Positions 37,705 to 51,474 of a stretch of DNA of 64,000 bases are shown one piece after another. How positions within the stretch are numbered: the first letter of the stretch is position 1; the number at the start of each line of letters is the position of its first letter. Made by a program: the position numbers and the translations under genes. Source of the DNA: Lama guanicoe (taxonomy: Eukaryota); NCBI GenBank assembly GCA_013239625.1, contig MU054212.1:5988270-6052269 (forward strand). The letters run 5' to 3'. Below the pieces are notes generated by a model that worked only from the letters and a program-made list of their open reading frames with translations, did no database searches and was not told where the DNA came from.

Positions 37705-40700
37705 AAAAGACTACTGGAAATTATTTCTCTGCATTTTACTTTAAATAATATTCACCAAGAGGAAAAAAGAAATTACTGAAATTCTGAGTAAGCATCTAAG
37801 TTCAATGCTAGATGTCACCATCCTGATATTCTGAACTAGGTACTCAACCATTTTTTCCCCCAGTCTGTTTTATGCTCTTTCTAAATATGATAGTAACAAA
37901 TACCAAATACTTTATCCTAGATTATCAAGAGCCAAAATTTTTTTGTTGTTGTTGGGTGGATGTGTCTCCAAGCTCTGAGAACAAGTGTGAAGTATAACAA
38001 CCACCTTATAGTCCAGAGCAAAGGTTCTCAGTCTTGGTTGCACATTAAAACCACCTGGGAGGTTTTTATTTTTTATTTTTTTAATACCTATGCCTGAGCC
38101 CCTCCCGAAGACCCATGTAAATGGTAAGGGTGAAGTGTGAACAGAAGTATTTCCTTCAAGTTCATCAGGTAGTTCTACTGGGAAGCCAGGGCTGAGACTG
38201 CTGAGTTGGTGGGACGTGGCTCCTCCCTTGAGTCCACGTCAGAATCACGCAAGACGCCCCTCACAGCCCGACTGAGGGAGAATTTCTGGTAAGGAGCCAG
38301 GAATCTGTCCTGTCAGTTGGTCCCGCTGAGCCCTGGACCAGCGTCTGGGAGTTGCCAGAATGGATTTCTGCTTGTCCCCTCACATGTCCTGCACGCTGTT
38401 GTCACACCAGCTGCTGGGTCTCCAATCCAAGCTCCGGTCACTTCATGCCTAGATTATTCCGACAAGTCTGTCTTTTCCCTTCCTCAATTCCTCTCGAAAC
38501 TGCCACAAGATTTGCTCCTACAATGTAACCTGGCTGCAGATATTTGACCAGAGGATACATTTTGCTATTTGGCCAAATCAAAGGTTCCTGACAAAACATA
38601 AACTCGCTTCTTTACAAACTGCTTTTTCATACCAAGTATAGAACATTACCAGACATGTATGGCCTCAGTCCACTCCTAACCTTCGACCAGCTAGGACCAC
38701 AGTCACATCCCAGCGGTGGCCCCCACTCCCCCTCTCCAAATCATCAGTATCGTAACACCTCTTGTAATTCCACCGGGAGCCACTTCATTCCTCACCCCAT
38801 CGCTGCTGTCACCCCAGGGTACAAGTCCGCAAAGGTCTGAGGCTCAGGGCCAGGGCGAGCATGGATGTCCCGCAGTTCCTTGGTGACCTAAAAGCTTGGG
38901 AGTTTACTGGCACGTTTTCCTCCCCAGATCACACCAAAATCTCTTCGCACCTTCCTCCACCAAGGTTTGGACCCCACACCCGCTATCAAAGCCGCGTGCA
39001 GCTCCAGGAATTATTACAGCTGCCCCAGCTGCCACTCTCTTGGGGGCAGACTGAGCCATGGTATTGGGTATATCCGATCACAGAGGTGGAAAGGGAGTAT
39101 TTTCAAGGGAGAAAAAGCTGGTGCAGCATGAGAATTCAAGCTAACACTGACACTGGCCATTGCCGCAGAGGCTGTGCAGCGGACGCGGAGGTCGCTGCAC
39201 GGCACTCGCTCAGGCTTCGCCATGGGGAGCCCTGTGTTTCTGTGGGGCTCACGCTCTGGTCCAGCAGGAGCACTTCCTGGTGCCCCCAGAAGGCTACTGC
39301 AATGTCTCAGTTGCCCTGACTGCCCAGTGATCCTCCTGCCCATTGTGTTGGCTCCATTTACCTCTCAGACCGGCCCCCCATTCCATGCAAACTGCGGTTA
39401 GGACATATGGTCTAACTTCCCTTGGGTGGCAGCCTCCCCTGCCTCTTCTTCACTTACTTCCTTTAACGCACGGAATTTCCCAAATTGCCTGGTTCCTTGT
39501 ATTCTTTTTTTCCCTCTTGTGCACTTGCTCCCCTCATTTCCCCTACAGAGCCTGACAACGTGGCCTCGGATCCATATTTTCTGATCTGCATTCTCACCCG
39601 AATTTCTTCACTACTTTACTTCCTCTTAGCAGAGTAATCCATGTAATAAAATAGATGGAAACAAGTAGTTTTTTTTTTTAACGCTAATTCGGATTGTATG
39701 ATTGAAGCGCTTTTTATCAGTCTCATGTCTCTTGCTGACACAACACAAGCTCTGTCAGTAAATGACTGAGAAGAGCAAACAGCCTGTTCTCTTATAATCG
39801 AAACATGTGAGAGAGCATGGCATACCATGGTGCAGTTCTGCAAACACAGCATAAATTCTGTGAGCTCAGGCAAGAAGAGAAGTCATATTTTTATCTGAAG
39901 TAAGTGGTCGCTGCATCCCAAGTAATTTTCAAGGCTTATAAACCTCCAAAGCCATCAGCAAGATGGACGGCAACATCTCAGTCATTAGGAAATTTCCCCG
40001 TTACAAATGATGTTCATTATTAGATACCACAATAATTGCTTTATGACATTCTATAATTAAGTGGCCCAGGGGAAGATAATACGGAGTTAGCATGGTAGAT
40101 GCAAGTTCTTTCTCAGGCACACCACTCTAATTTCACATCCAGAACAACTTAAATCGACATGCAGTCGAAAACAGACTGCAAGATTCCAGAAAAATGTAAC
40201 AATCCCTAACAATGTTCACCTCTTACTGAACTTTGAGAAAAAAAGAACAAAATATATTCCATTGCTGGTGCCTCATACACAGCAGTCACTCCATAATTAC
40301 TCATCACGTGGTGTCCTGAAGCCTGAGACTTGCCTTAGTGTTGCTCCACTCTCCCTAGAACAGTCACATGAGCCTTCCCTTTTTCTGGGACTAAAAGTTA
40401 ACTTTTCGGGGCCAACAGGTTACCTAATTTGTTTTCCAGTTAACTCACCTCTTCAGATGTTGAGTGGCTGTAGGTAAATTGTCTTTTTGGGTTCTGCTTG
40501 TAATTGGAGAATTTTAAGCGACTTTCTGGGCTTCACAGATTAGAGGAGAAGGTTCAGCCGGAAGGAGGTACCTTGGAGCCTCGACTTGCTCACTGTGCCA
40601 TCCTCTGAGGCTGTCAGTGCCGCCTGCCAGGAGGTGCCAGTCTCATCTGCCCTCCTTAGTCCTCCTCACCTCTTCGCTCCATCCTCTCTTCACCCTCATG

Positions 40701-42140
40701 CCCTCTCTTCCCACCTTCTCGCACCCAAAGTGGATAAAGCTGAATTCTTAATGTAGTGTCAGCAATACAGACTCTCAGGGGCCCTGAGTTCTGGACATGA
40801 GCTCAGAGAAATCAGAGATGGGAATTCCTGCTCTGATTCCGGGGATTATAAATCTGTTATAAAACCAAGAACTTATCAGGGAGAGATTACACCGTTAATG
40901 GGGTGATGGGCGGTGGGGGGAGTATGTGTGGCAGAGAGGAAGAGGGGTGATGGTGGAGAACTTGGGTAGCAATTTGTCTGAACTGAGTGCCAGTCCCAGG
41001 ACAGCAGGGCAGCCTGGGTTACCCCCAGTAGGTTTGTCAAAGATTCAGTGAGAAACGGGAGACAAAGCAAATTTATTATATTGAAATTCATTTTAACCTC
41101 CTTCACAATTTTGCCTAAGGCCGGCTGCAGTCTTATCTACTCCTGCCCACTAGAAATTAAACACATCCCAGAAATAAAGGTAGTCCACGAGCCAGGTCTA
41201 AGTATTTTTTCTACTTCAAAGTAGGATTATCTGGAAAAAGCAAATTATAAATACAGGCAGTCCTTAGAAACACATAATTACCAAGAACATAAGATAAATT
41301 AGAAAATATTTATTTGCTCAGTTGATCGCTCCAAAATACCACCTTCTAATAAAGCAAAGCTAAATTTATTAGAACTTTCTGCCAAAGAGAGAAGACAATC
41401 CTGACAATCTTAGAAGCATCTCAGGAGGGGGAACTCAGAAGTAGGGTATCTGCAGGGCTCTGGGGTCTGAACTCAAGTGGTTTGAGATGGGTCTTCAACG
41501 CAGGAAATTTTTGTTTATACTATATATAATATAAAGTTTATTTTTACATATAATATAAAAGAGTGTATATATATATATATATATTTTTTTTTTTTTAGGT
41601 TGGTGGACACAGCTTGACTAAGTAACCTGTGGTTTAATAAGCAAGGTTTTGCCCAGGTAAGCAATCTATTATCTCCAATAACTTGGTTTGTGGGAATTTC
41701 CTGAAGCAAACAGTGAATTTATTTATTGCTTTGCAACTGTATCTGTTCTGAACAAGTGATTTCAGGAACAAGCAACGAAGTCATGTTGACACAGGAAGGC
41801 TACAGTCTTAGGTAAGTTACACTGACACACCTGTAATCAAGAATTCCTTAAAAGAGGGAGGGCGGAAACTCTTAGAAGTGATGGGTCCGTTTAGAGCACT
41901 GTTTATGGTCATGGTTTCACAGGTTTACACTTTTCTGCAAACTCGTCAAGGTGTGTATATTACATAAATACAGCCTTTTGTAGGTCAATCAGACCTCAAT
42001 TTTAAAAATCGTTTCTTTTAAGTATTTGCCGTTGTTAGAACTGATGGGCAGACAAGGCAGAGAAGAGACATGGAGGGTCTAAGAGCAGTGCAGAGAGGAT
42101 TGGGAGGAGTACACTGGCTCCTGTGATTAAAAGTCCACGG

Positions 42141-42336
42141 CTGGGGTTTCAAAATGTAGAATAAACAAGAGTATACTGTGGAGCACAGGGAAATATATAT
42201 AAGATCTTGCGGTAGCTCACAGCAAAAAAAAATGTGACAATGAACATATGTATGTTCATGGGTAACTGAAAAATTGTGCTGTACACTGGAATTTGACACA
42301 ACATTGTAAAATGACTTTAACTCAATAAAAAAAAAG
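42141..42336 (+). mobile_element. 5'-truncated young L1 3' end
   Basis: High similarity to 37500-37690 and a poly(A) tail. TSD not clear. Confidence 0.8.
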
Positions 42337-42774
42337 TATAAACCAGCAGAATGGAAGCTCAGGCACCTGCCTTTTTCGTTTGGTGGCTTTGGAAAGAAAG
42401 GGCCTCACCTACTTAGCAAAGCTGCCTTTGCTTTCCTCACTGCTTCCAGATCGCCCATTTCTACCAAAACCTGTTTTTCTGGTGGGACCTAACAGAAGGC
42501 TACAAAATATGTTGATTTTACTCAGACATTCTCACAGTTTTCTAATATCTCTTTCACTTTCACTCTGTAGCCACGTAATCTGAGCACCAGGATCAAACAG
42601 GGTACAGTTTAACTGGCTACCTTGCTACCACGTAGCAGAGGTTGCCAGAGTCCTGCCCACATTCAAGAGATCCTCACGACCCCATCCCAATTTGGCTCAG
42701 CCAATTCCCTATTTTAGGATCTGCGACACGTCCTCTCTCACTTCCGAATACAAATTTAGGAATTGTTCGGAGCC

Positions 42775-43150
42775 TCATATTCGCTTTCCGGGGGCTACCA
42801 TGACATAGCACCGCAGACTGGGTGGCTTAAACAACAGAAATTTTAATTTCTTACAATTTGGGAGGCTGGAAGCCCAACATCAGGGTGTCAGCGGCTTTGA
42901 TGTCTTCCAAAATACCTCTCTTCTTGGCTTGCAGCCACCTTCTCCCCGTGTCCTCACATGGTCACCCCTTGATCTAGGTATTAGGTATGTCCTATCCTCT
43001 TCTTGTTAAGGACATTGGTTATACTGGATGAGAACCCACTCACATGACCTCATTTTAACTTAATCGCCGCTTTAAAGACCCTACGTATCTCCAAATACAG
43101 TCGTGTTCTGAAGTATTGAGGGTTAGGACATGTGAATTTGGGGCAGGGAC
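42775..43150 (-). mobile_element. MLT1-type LTR
   Basis: CAGACTGGGTGGCTTAAACAACAGAAATTT...GGAGGCTGGAAG and ATCTCCAAATACAGTC motifs. Confidence 0.75.
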
Positions 43151-44010
43151 GCAACTGAGCCCACAACCACAACAAATGTTTCAGTGACAAAATCTCCACT
43201 CAAGCCAGCTTGAGCAAGAAAAATGTTGTCTCCTATAACTGAAAAGTCTGCTGGGGTCGGGGCTGGCTGGCTACAGACTCTCATGCTGTCAGCAGAAGCA
43301 AAACAGCAAAAAACACACAACACAGTCCTCAAATACCAAGAGGAGACTGGATTTATACAGCAGAATAATTACAGTATGCATGGTGGGTACCCATCAAATT
43401 AACAAAAAAATGTTTAATGTGACTATTAGAGAAATGCTCATTAAAACCACTAAGAATGACCACACCAATGAGAATGGTTAAAAATTTTTAAAAACTGACA
43501 ATATTAATTGCTGGCAGGGATTCCGAGAAATAGGAAATCTCATCTGTTGCTGGTGAGAATGCAAACTGGTACGGCCACTTTAGAAAGCAATTTGGGAGGT
43601 TTTTTTTTAACAAATTAAACATATGTGACAGAGTGATCCCACTCCTAGGAATTCACAAAAAATAAATCAAAACTATGTTCTTATAAAACATGAATGTGAA
43701 CGTTAAAAGCAAGCTTATTTATGATCTCCCGGAACTGGTATTAACTCAGATATTGGTCAAATGATGAATGGATAAACAAACTTGGTACATCCATCCAATG
43801 GGATGCTTCTCAGCAATAAAAAGGCATAGACTACCGATCCAGGCAACAATGCGTGTGAATCTCAAATGCAGCAGGCTAAGTGAAAGAAGCGAGAGAGAAC
43901 CGTCTGTACCGTATTATTTTATTTCTAGGACATTCTGAAAAGGAACAGTGATAGAACTGAAAACAGGTCAGTGGCTGCCAGGGATGACGGCTGGGGGAAC
44001 GGTTGGCTAC

Positions 44011-44460
44011 TATTATGGGTTGAATTGTGTCCGCCCCCAAATGCATGTGAAGTCCTAACCACCCAGGACCTTAAAACGTGACCTTATATGGAAACAAGGT
44101 CACCGCAGATGTAATCAGCCAGGATGAAGCCCTGGAGTAGGGTGAGCCCTTCATGCAGAATGACTGATGTCCTTCTAAAAAGGAGAAATTGGGATACAGA
44201 CATGCACACAGAGAGAACCCCACGTGAGGATGAAGGCAGAGGTAGGGTGATGCTTCTGCACATCAAAGAACCCAGAAGATGGCCAGAAACTCATCCCAAG
44301 TGAGGGGCAAGGCTTGGAACAGACGCCACCTCAGAAGGAATCAGCCCTGCCAACACCCTGACCTTGGACTTCTGACCTACAGAACGGTGACTATGAATTT
44401 CTGCTGTGTTAATTTGGCCAGTTTGTGGCACTTGTGAAGGCAGCCCTAGGAAGCTAAACT
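44011..44460 (+). mobile_element. MLT1B/C-type LTR inserted in an old L1 3' end (43400-44620)
   Basis: TATGGGTTGAATTGTGTCC start and GGCAGCCCTAGGAAGCTAA end. L1 3'UTR sequence resumes on both sides. Confidence 0.8.
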
Positions 44461-45569
44461 AAAGGGGGCAGCATGAGGGAATTTGGGGGGTGGGAGGGTG
44501 ATAAACTGCTTCTGATTCTGGATCATGATCGTAATGGTAGTCACATGATTATATGCGTTTATCAAAACTCAAAAATGTGTACCAAAAGGAATGAATTTTA
44601 CAGTATGTCAATAAAGCAAACAAAAGTTAAAGGTAGTACCTAGAAAAATGTAAACAAAAGATTTCATCGCTTGGGCTAGTAAATCCACACAGCAAAACAT
44701 TTTCCTGTATCTTTCAAATGTAAAATTCTTATTTTTCACGAATGCACTGTTCACCTAGTTGTTGTCTGAAGGTTGCGACATTTACGTTAAAAATTAATAG
44801 CTTTAACATTAGATATCCTGCAGCCAACGCCCAGGGCTGTGTTTCTAGCACCTAAAACTGACCCAGGGCAAAATGCTATTAATACCTCTTGAATGACTCA
44901 TTGTAACATCTATACTTGAAATCACTTGTGTGAAAATGTTAGCCAGAAGGCACAAACCCAGGGCTTCCACTTCCCTAAAACCCTCCAAGTTTTTATCACG
45001 GATAAACAGATCAGTTGCTCTTATTGTCTTTTTCTGTTCTTTTAACAGGAAAATGGATTCATAGGAATGCAAGTGTGTGAATTCAATTTCGCCCGCTCAC
45101 TTTTATCAAACTAAATGCCAGGATGATGAATATTTCTCATTTTTATAAAGCATTACACATGGGTCATGTTAAAGCCACTGAAGAGCTGCTGCACACTGGC
45201 AACTGCGCGTCACAAAACTCACTCAACCTGTAACAGACAAATGGTGATTTAATCAAGTCTTTTTTTTTCAGCTCAACCAGAATTTCTAGCATGTATCCTG
45301 CACTATTCTAAGTGCTAGGGGCTGTTATGAGGGAAGCAGATCTCACAGTCAATGTGCATGAGGCCCAGGCCTGCAATCAAAATAAAGCCTATAATCTTGA
45401 ACAGAACTGGAAACTTAAAATAGTGCAACGGCTGCTATAGATAGAATTGATAATGGGCTTACGGTTCACACAGCCATTTGAAGTGGCATCTATTAGAGGA
45501 GCTTACAAAGGCCATTCTCAAATGGAATTTAAGCAAATCATGTTTTAAAGTAATAGATTATTGAGGATT

Positions 45570-45765
45570 TACTACCCATCAGTCACTGAACTGAGAAATG
45601 TATGGAATTCAGATCGCTGGATCCTCACAGTGACTCCATGAGATAAAACTATTGCTGTTACACTACAGATGAGAAAACTAAGGTGGGTAGTTAAGTTACT
45701 TTTACTTCCCAAGGTCTCGTATTTGGAAAGGAGCAAAGCCGTGGATTCGAATTCACGTGGACTTA
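45570..45765. mobile_element. MIR SINE (one of several; others near 14120-14320, 15620-15780, 24930-25090, 27030-27190, 33620-33840)
   Basis: MIR core motif ACAGATGAGAAAACTAAGG...AAGTTACTT...CCCAAGGTC...GGATTCGAA. Confidence 0.6.
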
Positions 45766-46835
45766 GGAGCCATTGGTCTTTTTTTTTTTTCATTGTTTGA
45801 TATACAGCTTAATTTTTATTTATTTATTATTATTATTTTTTAGGAGCCATTGGTCTTAGATCTTCCTGCGCAGACTTATTTGCAGAGATTTTGGTCCATT
45901 ATCCACAAGTAAATCCAACCGTATGCCCGGAGTCACAGACCCTTACTTTTTGCTTAGAAAATATTACAGCCTCCCTTTAAATATCTAAAATAGTTCAGGA
46001 TCACACTTGGTATCTCAATCTTGGTACTGATTTTGAAATCAGCGTTTTAGTTCATAAGACTAACGTTTCAAAATTCAAAAGATTATTCATGCCAACGTTT
46101 TCTTTAACGGTCCCAGATTGTGGCTTTTGGGTAACTGTGGGATACTTTAAAAAGCTGTTCAAATGACCGAATCAAACTGGTAAGTTCCTGTTCTCCACAA
46201 TGCCGGGGGCCTTTCTGGTTTGAGTCATCCTGCCCTATAAGATCACATCCCGCTGGGAGGAATTCTTCAGATACACTGAAACCCTAACATGTAGCTACAC
46301 GATGTAGCCTGCGTGCAGTGGACACCAGCCATGTTTCGAACACCTTAATGCCCATTATCCCTCTTCAACACCCCATAAGAGAATCCTGTGTTAAAAGGAA
46401 AGAAAGCCAACAAGCAGGGAGGGAAGAATTCTTACCCACATATTTTATCAGAGGTTTCACTGATTTAATAATGTTTCATTTCAGCCTCTGTTTTAGATTG
46501 CACTATGACAAGTTAACTGACTTTCTGATCAATGAAACTTTACAATGTCTTAAAATATTGTTTCAAGAAAATCCATCTCCCCAGATTCTCTGGATGAAGT
46601 CGAGACTACTAAAAAGTCAGAAACAGTTTTAATTAGGAAGCACTCTCTGGGTTAATATCATAAATACTCTAGGTTGGTAAATTATCATCACCTTGTCTGA
46701 TTCTAATTCTCTGTAGCAGAAGAAAAAAGAAGTTGACTGTGAAACCCAACTCCACTAGGTGCTACCTCACAAAACGCTAATTGCAACATTTTACAGGTAA
46801 GGGATAAGGATGGCACTGATACAAAATTGCACTTC

Positions 46836-46869
46836 AGGTGCCCTCTAGTGGATACAGTTGGTATCACAG
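46836..46869 (-). promoter_or_regulatory. CTCF motif with upstream module
   Basis: Minus strand reads CTGTGATACC-AACTG-TATCCACTAGAGGGCACC. Confidence 0.6.
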
Positions 46870-48967
46870 GGATCACTTGCTAGGTTTTAAGGTGAAACCT
46901 GCTGTAGAAAGGAATGAGGAATCCCTTCTCTCCAAGATAGTCCTCTCTCCTTTCTCCTCTTCCCTAGTCATGTCCAGGTTCCCAAGATATGCTGAGAATA
47001 TCACTCAGTGTTAAGGCTAATATAACTTTATTTACGGAAGCAGGTATTTACAAAAATGCTCACACTCATTCATTTACATATCGTGCTTGGCAGCTAACAA
47101 CCAGAGTTGAGTAGTTGCAACAGTTCTGCCACTTTGCAGAGGAAGTCCGCCAACCTCTAGTCCGCAAGCACATCACCAGTTCTGAAAAATGCTTTGGCTA
47201 GTCAGGGCTGGTCCCTATCCATGTGTTTGGGGACCGCCATGAATGTACCTAGCAATTAAGAAATCTCTTTAATTTTGGGAACTCCTTTTTCACCTAATGC
47301 CTATTGACATCCTATTCAGTGCACATTTGGGGAAATACTATCCTATAACATTGTGCTTAAATTTAAAACTTAAGTCTTATTATGCCACTTCGTATCGATC
47401 TAAGAGGAAATTGTCTTGCAACATTGTGCCTTTGGAATCAAATGTTGTATTGAGTATAATTTACTTTAAATTATTTCAACAAAGATGGTGTGATATATAC
47501 ATGGAAGCTAAGTTAGTTTTAAACACTTAGGAGTAGTTTAAAAAAACATTTGAAGTACCTAACCCAGGGGTGGTTATTTGGTCTTTAGTAAACTCTGGTC
47601 AGTCCATTATCCAGAAGTGGCTACCTTTCAAATATCAGCTATCTTAGCAGATATGAGCACTAACGAGTTTGTAAGTCAACGTAAAGGAGATCTAAGTGGT
47701 GCTCAAGATATGTGTATTGGCTAAAAATATTGTCCAAGCTCCTCCACAATTGCATGACACAGGTTTAGGAATCTAGTTGCGCCAGTAGCCTATACCCACC
47801 GGAGTGGTCTTCCCGGCCCCAGGGCTAAAATTCAGTCCTGGTTCCAGCCACTAAGTAACCAGAACATTCTGTCACCTGATTTCAGTCTGAAGGCTTGCTG
47901 AGTCCCGCCACTCTTCATCACATCTGAATCAAGTAAACACTTCTGCCAGGAAGGGAACAGGACTTCCCCGAGTGTCTAAGAATAAGCCACATGACTGCTT
48001 TGTGACGTGCAGTATTCGTATGTGTAGCAGAACTCATTGTCACACAGCCGCCAGCAGAGAGCCTGAGAGGGAGGACGGCCGAGGCTACTGGGAACATACA
48101 CCCCAGCGTGCCTGGAACAGACCCAGTTTATGCCTGTCGTCCCACAAGCTTGTTAAAAAGCCCCTTCACTCTCAAAATGCCTCATTTTGGGTAAAAGCTT
48201 AAGTGGTCATCCTATCCTAAGAGTGGTAGCTGTTACTTTTCTGAACTTAGTATGAGACATCCGTCCAAAAGAACCTAACCATTGTGAATGGTGAAACTGA
48301 ACACCAAAATCTACTGAAGCAGTAGTTATGATCAATGGCCAAAAAATAAAGTTGACAGGCAAGCTGGGGTTGTGTCAACCCCAACCTTATGTAGTGCTTA
48401 CTTTAACTAATTGAGCAAATGAGTTATTGTAAACTCAATTTATATTTCAGTATCCTTAGGTAGAAAATTAACCTTTGAGCCATTTGCCATGCCTTTAGGG
48501 GACCTATGTTCAAAACATTGGCCTAGCCACCCAGAAATTTCAAAGAATAATACCATTTCCATGATGCGCCTAAAAACTTGATAGGAACAAACACTGTAAA
48601 ATTCTGCATCTGGACACAGTGCTTCTCAGGCTGCCTGGGGCAGCATTTCCCGAAGTGTGGTGTTCAGGTCCCCGTGTCAGAGTTGGCGCTTGTTCAAACC
48701 CCACGATTTAAAAAGCAAACAAAAGTAAGATCCCACATTCAACCAGATCAACAAAACTCGTGGAGGCAGGTAGACCAAACCGCTGAGGCGGCAGCCTCTG
48801 GATTTGCGTTTTCAGTAGCTACCCCAGAGATCGTGACCATACGTTTTGAGAACCACTGCTTTACAGAGTCCAAAAGGCTGGAAGATTCCACAGGACACCT
48901 TAGTTCTTGGCTAAGTGCAATGTGGATGTCAGAACGTTAACTTTTTCATGATCTGTGCCCACAACCT

Positions 48968-49788
48968 CAGGCGTGCTGATGTTTACCAAATTATTCTCTA
49001 AGAAAAAAAGTTTTAAAATTGATACAGTCTTTATAGCACAGTTTACAAACAATAATAAAATGTGCAATACCCTTCACTGTAAAACTCCATATAGCCCACT
49101 GGTTCACACTGAGCTCTTGGGTAACCAACCTGGGCTGCAATTCACAAATGGGATTAATTCCAGTATGGTGGTGGCTGATATTTTTGTTTACCTTAAGGAG
49201 GAAGAGGAAAGTGAGAACGCACGTCTGTTCCAGTTCATCAATGACATGAGCAACTTCTTTGCTGACCTGGGTAACAGTTTTCGGACACCGGAGGAGTATT
49301 TGCTCACCTATTTGTTCTATTCATAATGCGACAGCTACAGGCAGGCAATGCTTTGAAGTTTAGCCTGCAATATTAACATTTTCTCCATCACTTTCTTAGG
49401 TCTAGAGCAAACAAAAATCAACACAGCCAGCCTCGAGGTGCAGCATTTGACTTCCCCAGGGGCCAGAGTTCCCAATATGGCCGATTTCAAGCTCTCAGAG
49501 CCAGACGACGTGGGGCTGGGAAGAGACGCGCAGCAGCACCCCATTAGGTCGTCCCCCCCAGCCCCACCCAGACACACGACAGACACACACAACAGTGTTA
49601 CCTGCAGTGAAACACTTAGCAGGGAAGGAATTTTCAGTATTACCTTCATTCTGAATGCATTGTATTTTGCTCTAAGTTGATGTAATTTGGTTTCTCAGTA
49701 GGTCTGTGTTTAACAACGGGTTCGCAGAATTCCTGAACGTTAAGATCCGGCTCTCGGGTGCGTTGTGAACAGGCTTCAGGACACAGTG
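48968..49788 (-). mobile_element. MER63-like hAT-Blackjack DNA transposon
   Basis: 49700-49788 is the reverse complement of the recalled MER63 terminus (CAGTGGTGTGCTGGAGCC...GAGAGCCG...TTCAGGAATT...GTTGTTAAACACAG). Internal ATGGCCGATTTCAAGCT motif. Confidence 0.7.
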
Positions 49789-51474
49789 ACTACGCCTCTC
49801 TCTCCCTCTCACATTTGCTCTCTTCGCCAGACTTTGTTTGTAACCCCCTAGCCCTGAACTTCCAAGGACAGGCGTGTCCCCAGACGTGACCTTCCTCTCC
49901 CCGTCTGCGCACACCCGGAAGCGCAGGGCGGAAGAAGGAAGCAGACGCCCACGTGGGAGCCAGAGCGTGCGGACCCACCACCCTGCTCTCCAGGGCTGCC
50001 CTGCGCCCAGGCTGTTGAAGCCTGTCTTTTTGAACCTGGAAAACGGGGTTTACTGGTCTCCCCTCACTTTTGTGTAGTCCCCCCCACCCCTCGGAGGCTG
50101 AGGCTGAGGCCGGCTCCTGCAGCCACTCTTGCCCACCCACAGCCCTTTTCCTTCTAGAACAGAAGCCTTCCTTCCAAACACCCTCCTCTCGTTCCTGTCT
50201 GGGCTTTGCCCTAAAATTCCCTGTTGTTCCCTCTTGAAGCCAAATGCCCCTTCTCTACTCCAAAAGTTATTTTGAAAGCAGACTTTCTAAGCAACAGATT
50301 ACTAACAGTCTTCAAAAGATTTCAGACTGTTTTATATACTACATCCTGGTGGAATGTTTATTTCAACTAAGACATACTATTCATTCACATGCAAAAAAGA
50401 ACGCTGTTTTTGCCTTTCACAAACATCGATTATCAGACGTGTCCTTTCCTGCCACCAAGCACAGCATAATTAATTCAAGCACGTAAGGAACTGAGGAGAA
50501 CTGCTGCAAGTTTTAGGAAGGCTGACATCTATCACAGCTTAAAAATCAGAGCTATCAGCTGAATTATTGCTACCTACCATTCGAGTAAGTTTTGTTTTCT
50601 GTACCCAAGACTTCCTCCCTTTGTTTTTAACTTCCAGCAGTTTCGCTATGATGCATCTGGATATAGGTGCTTTCTTACTTACGTTTGGGATTTACTGAAC
50701 TCCTTTAATCTAACTTGATAACCGTCTTGGAACATGCTCAGAGATTCTACACTACTTCTGCTGTACCCTCTCCTTTTTCTAGGACTCCAAATACATATGT
50801 AAGACTCTCTCACTCTCATCTAGTAGGCTTCTTACCTTTTTGGGGGTCTATTTTCCATCCTCTTCTCTCCTTGCTTCAGTTTCAATGATTTCTCCTGACC
50901 TAACCTTCTTGTTTCAAAGTATGCCACACGCCGGCCTGCCTCTCAGCGGCTTCCTCCCAAGTGGGCGAGCCTCCTGAGGCAAACGAGGCCCAGGTCTCAC
51001 CTCTCCAGACTTTCTTCCCCTGGATTTCACTGACTGTGTTGGTAACTGACTATATTGATAACACCGTTTTTAGTGAAATGTTTTCGTCTATTTTGTTCCG
51101 ACTTTTTACTCTCCTTCAGCAGGAAGGCCAATTACCTCGCCTGCTGTAACCAGCACCAGAGGCTGCAGAGCTACTATACCTACAAGAGGCTCAGTAAGCA
51201 CCAGTCTTCCTTCCTCCCAGGATACAAAAGAATTATCCAAATTTGTAACCGGGCATCAGACATGAAGCTTTTAGAGACAAAGTTCATTTGCTCATGTTTA
51301 ACATAGCCACCAAGGACTATGCAACAAGACTGTCCTTCGATTTTGGAGACAAAGATGATAAAGGTTTCTCAGGAAACTGATCTGGCACCTGATATAATAA
51401 TATGGTTGGCATTCATTTTCAATAAAGACTATATTAAGTTCTCAAATTTTTTTAAAGAAGGCATCTAATGAATC

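Noticed and set aside
42775..44460. Oppositely oriented MLT1 LTR pair as a provirus or hairpin
   Set aside because: Proviral LTRs are direct repeats. These are diverged independent solo LTRs separated by L1 sequence.
48955..49326. 123-aa ORF and 3'UTR-like AT-rich sequence suggesting a retrocopy
   Set aside because: It lies within the MER63-like DNA transposon remnant and shows no protein family resemblance.
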